From Bdellovibrionota bacterium (lineage in GTDB: Bacteria > Bdellovibrionota_C > UBA2361 > CAKMMH01), in NCBI GenBank assembly GCA_050952645.1, contig JBMNLI010000007.1, positions 1-64,000 of the forward strand: DNA of 64,000 bases, in the 5' to 3' direction. The translations under genes were made by a program, and so were the position numbers. Below the pieces are notes generated by a model. The model saw nothing but the letters and a program-made list of their open reading frames with translations. It was not told where the DNA came from and made no database searches. Positions 63,027 through 64,000 of this stretch are shown here, one piece after another. The number at the start of each line of letters is the position of its first letter. The first letter of the stretch is position 1.

Positions 63027-63515
63027 TTAATTCTTAATATCTTTAACATTAGAAAGAGCCCCTAGAAAATCTTTAGTAGTTTCAGTATCTGAGAAATGAT
63101 TTTCTATATACACTTTAAGTTCTTGTAAAAAATTTATAACCCACGTTAAAATTTCTCCCCAATCTATTTCTTTAGCAAGGAATGATACGATAACGCTAGC
63201 GACTGTAAAAATTATTGGTGCAATTAGCGCTGGCCTAAAACCTTGAACCTCAATGCCAGGGAGTATTTTTACTAAAACCCAAAATAGCAAACCATTAGTT
63301 AAAAATAGAATGATCATTTGGTATGTAGGCTCATCGGGAACTTTCATAAAAAGTGCTAAATCCCAAACATTAGCATTTATAAAAGCAAGTGCGGCGACCA
63401 TAAATATCGCTCCAAAGATGCTCGTAATCTTTAATTTAGGAATTAGCCAGCACGTTAAGAGCATTGCGCAAGTTTGTAAAATCCAGTAGTTTAAATTGAA
63501 TGTAGGAATTTTCAT
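63027..63515 (-). CDS. YvlD-like 4-TM phage-holin-family membrane protein
   Basis: Four hydrophobic segments with N.LL.W and PG..V.GF..AL patterns. Confidence 0.65.
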   Translation of the reverse strand: MKIPTFNLNYWILQTCAMLLTCWLIPKLKITSIFGAIFMVAALAFINANVWDLALFMKVPDEPTYQMIILFLTNGLLFWVLVKILPGIEVQGFRPALIAPIIFTVASVIVSFLAKEIDWGEILTWVINFLQELKVYIENHFSDTETTKDFLGALSNVKDIKN

Positions 63516-63724
63516 ATTAAATTTTTGTATGGGAAGTTCTATTTATTATGTAAGAACTCCGATACCTTATAAAAAATAATTTTTAAATCGTTTGCATTAA
63601 GTTTTTTTTTGAGCATAATAAGCACTGCATTTGTTTTTGAGCTCATAAAGTCAATTATAACCATTTTGTTTTTATTTGGAAATAGCAAAGGCGTATAGTG
63701 TTATCTTTATTAAGTATATTAAAT

Positions 63725-63927
63725 ATAAAGATTATATTTAATAAAGATTATCAAAGAATAAAGATTATTAAAGAATAAAGATTATTAAAGAGTAAAGATT
63801 ATAAAGAGAATAAAGATTTTAGATGATTTTTTAAAATTTTTATTGTAATATTTAGCGGTAGTGGTTATATATATAAGTATAAAGATATTTTAGGCACAGA
63901 AGTTTTAGGCACAAAAGTTTTAGGCAA
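63725..63927 (+). repeat. Tandem 17-bp (AATAAAGATTATTAAAG x ~5) and 15-bp (TTTTAGGCACAAAAG x ~3) repeats
   Basis: Seen directly at about 63725-63820 and 63887-63927. Confidence 0.8.
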
Positions 63928-63934
63928 AGCGATT

Positions 63935-64000
63935 ATGGAATTAAAAAAATATACGGAAATTTTAAAAGATATAAAAAAAATAAAAAATGTAAAAAATGTA
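63935..64000 (+). CDS. Possible start of a CDS running off the window
   Basis: ATG followed by an open frame MELKKYTEILKDIKKIKNVKNV; too short to assign. Confidence 0.35.
   Translation, partial: MELKKYTEILKDIKKIKNVKNV

Noticed and set aside
63027..63515. Prophage suggested by the holin-family protein and the SLT at 35390
   Set aside because: Both families are common chromosomal genes, they are 27 kb apart, and no structural, terminase or integrase genes are present.

Overview
A 64 kb chromosomal segment from a very AT-rich bacterium (roughly 25-30% GC by eye) that is flagellated and probably diderm; standard code 11 fits. Housekeeping genes include pgk, sppA, pgsA, smpB, lepB, ung, rsgA, an Aas-like fusion, an RluA-family synthase, two tRNA-Ser genes, a double-length UvrA and ComM. 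Accessory content includes AbiEii-, Fic- and HEPN-MNT-type toxin modules, an orphan adenine methyltransferase, a ~2200 aa thioester alpha-2-macroglobulin, four tandem YgjV-like paralogs (two broken), an intact class C group II intron, a sigma28/CsrA-type flagellin, a 1156 aa Ser-rich/Cys-rich protein, two duplicated lipoproteins, and an archaeal/Chloroflexi-like GT-C glycosylation cluster (DUF2298 x2, GT2, Agl23-like). The most unusual signals are non-coding. (1) A dispersed REP/REPIN-like palindromic family (core TTAAAACGTGAAGA) occurs in about 11 intergenic sites. (2) Two ~91% identical 68-69 bp long copies of it sit in inverted orientation around the intron plus flagellin, one exactly at the truncation point of a YgjV paralog. 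(3) A second hairpin family precedes the intron and recurs unoccupied at 50.6 kb inside a potentially bistable structure. (4) Short tandem duplications of 12-17 bp are pervasive inside and between genes. Many frameshifts at 7-14 kb and 49-52 kb may be sequencing errors. All family calls come from motif recognition; no database searches were run.
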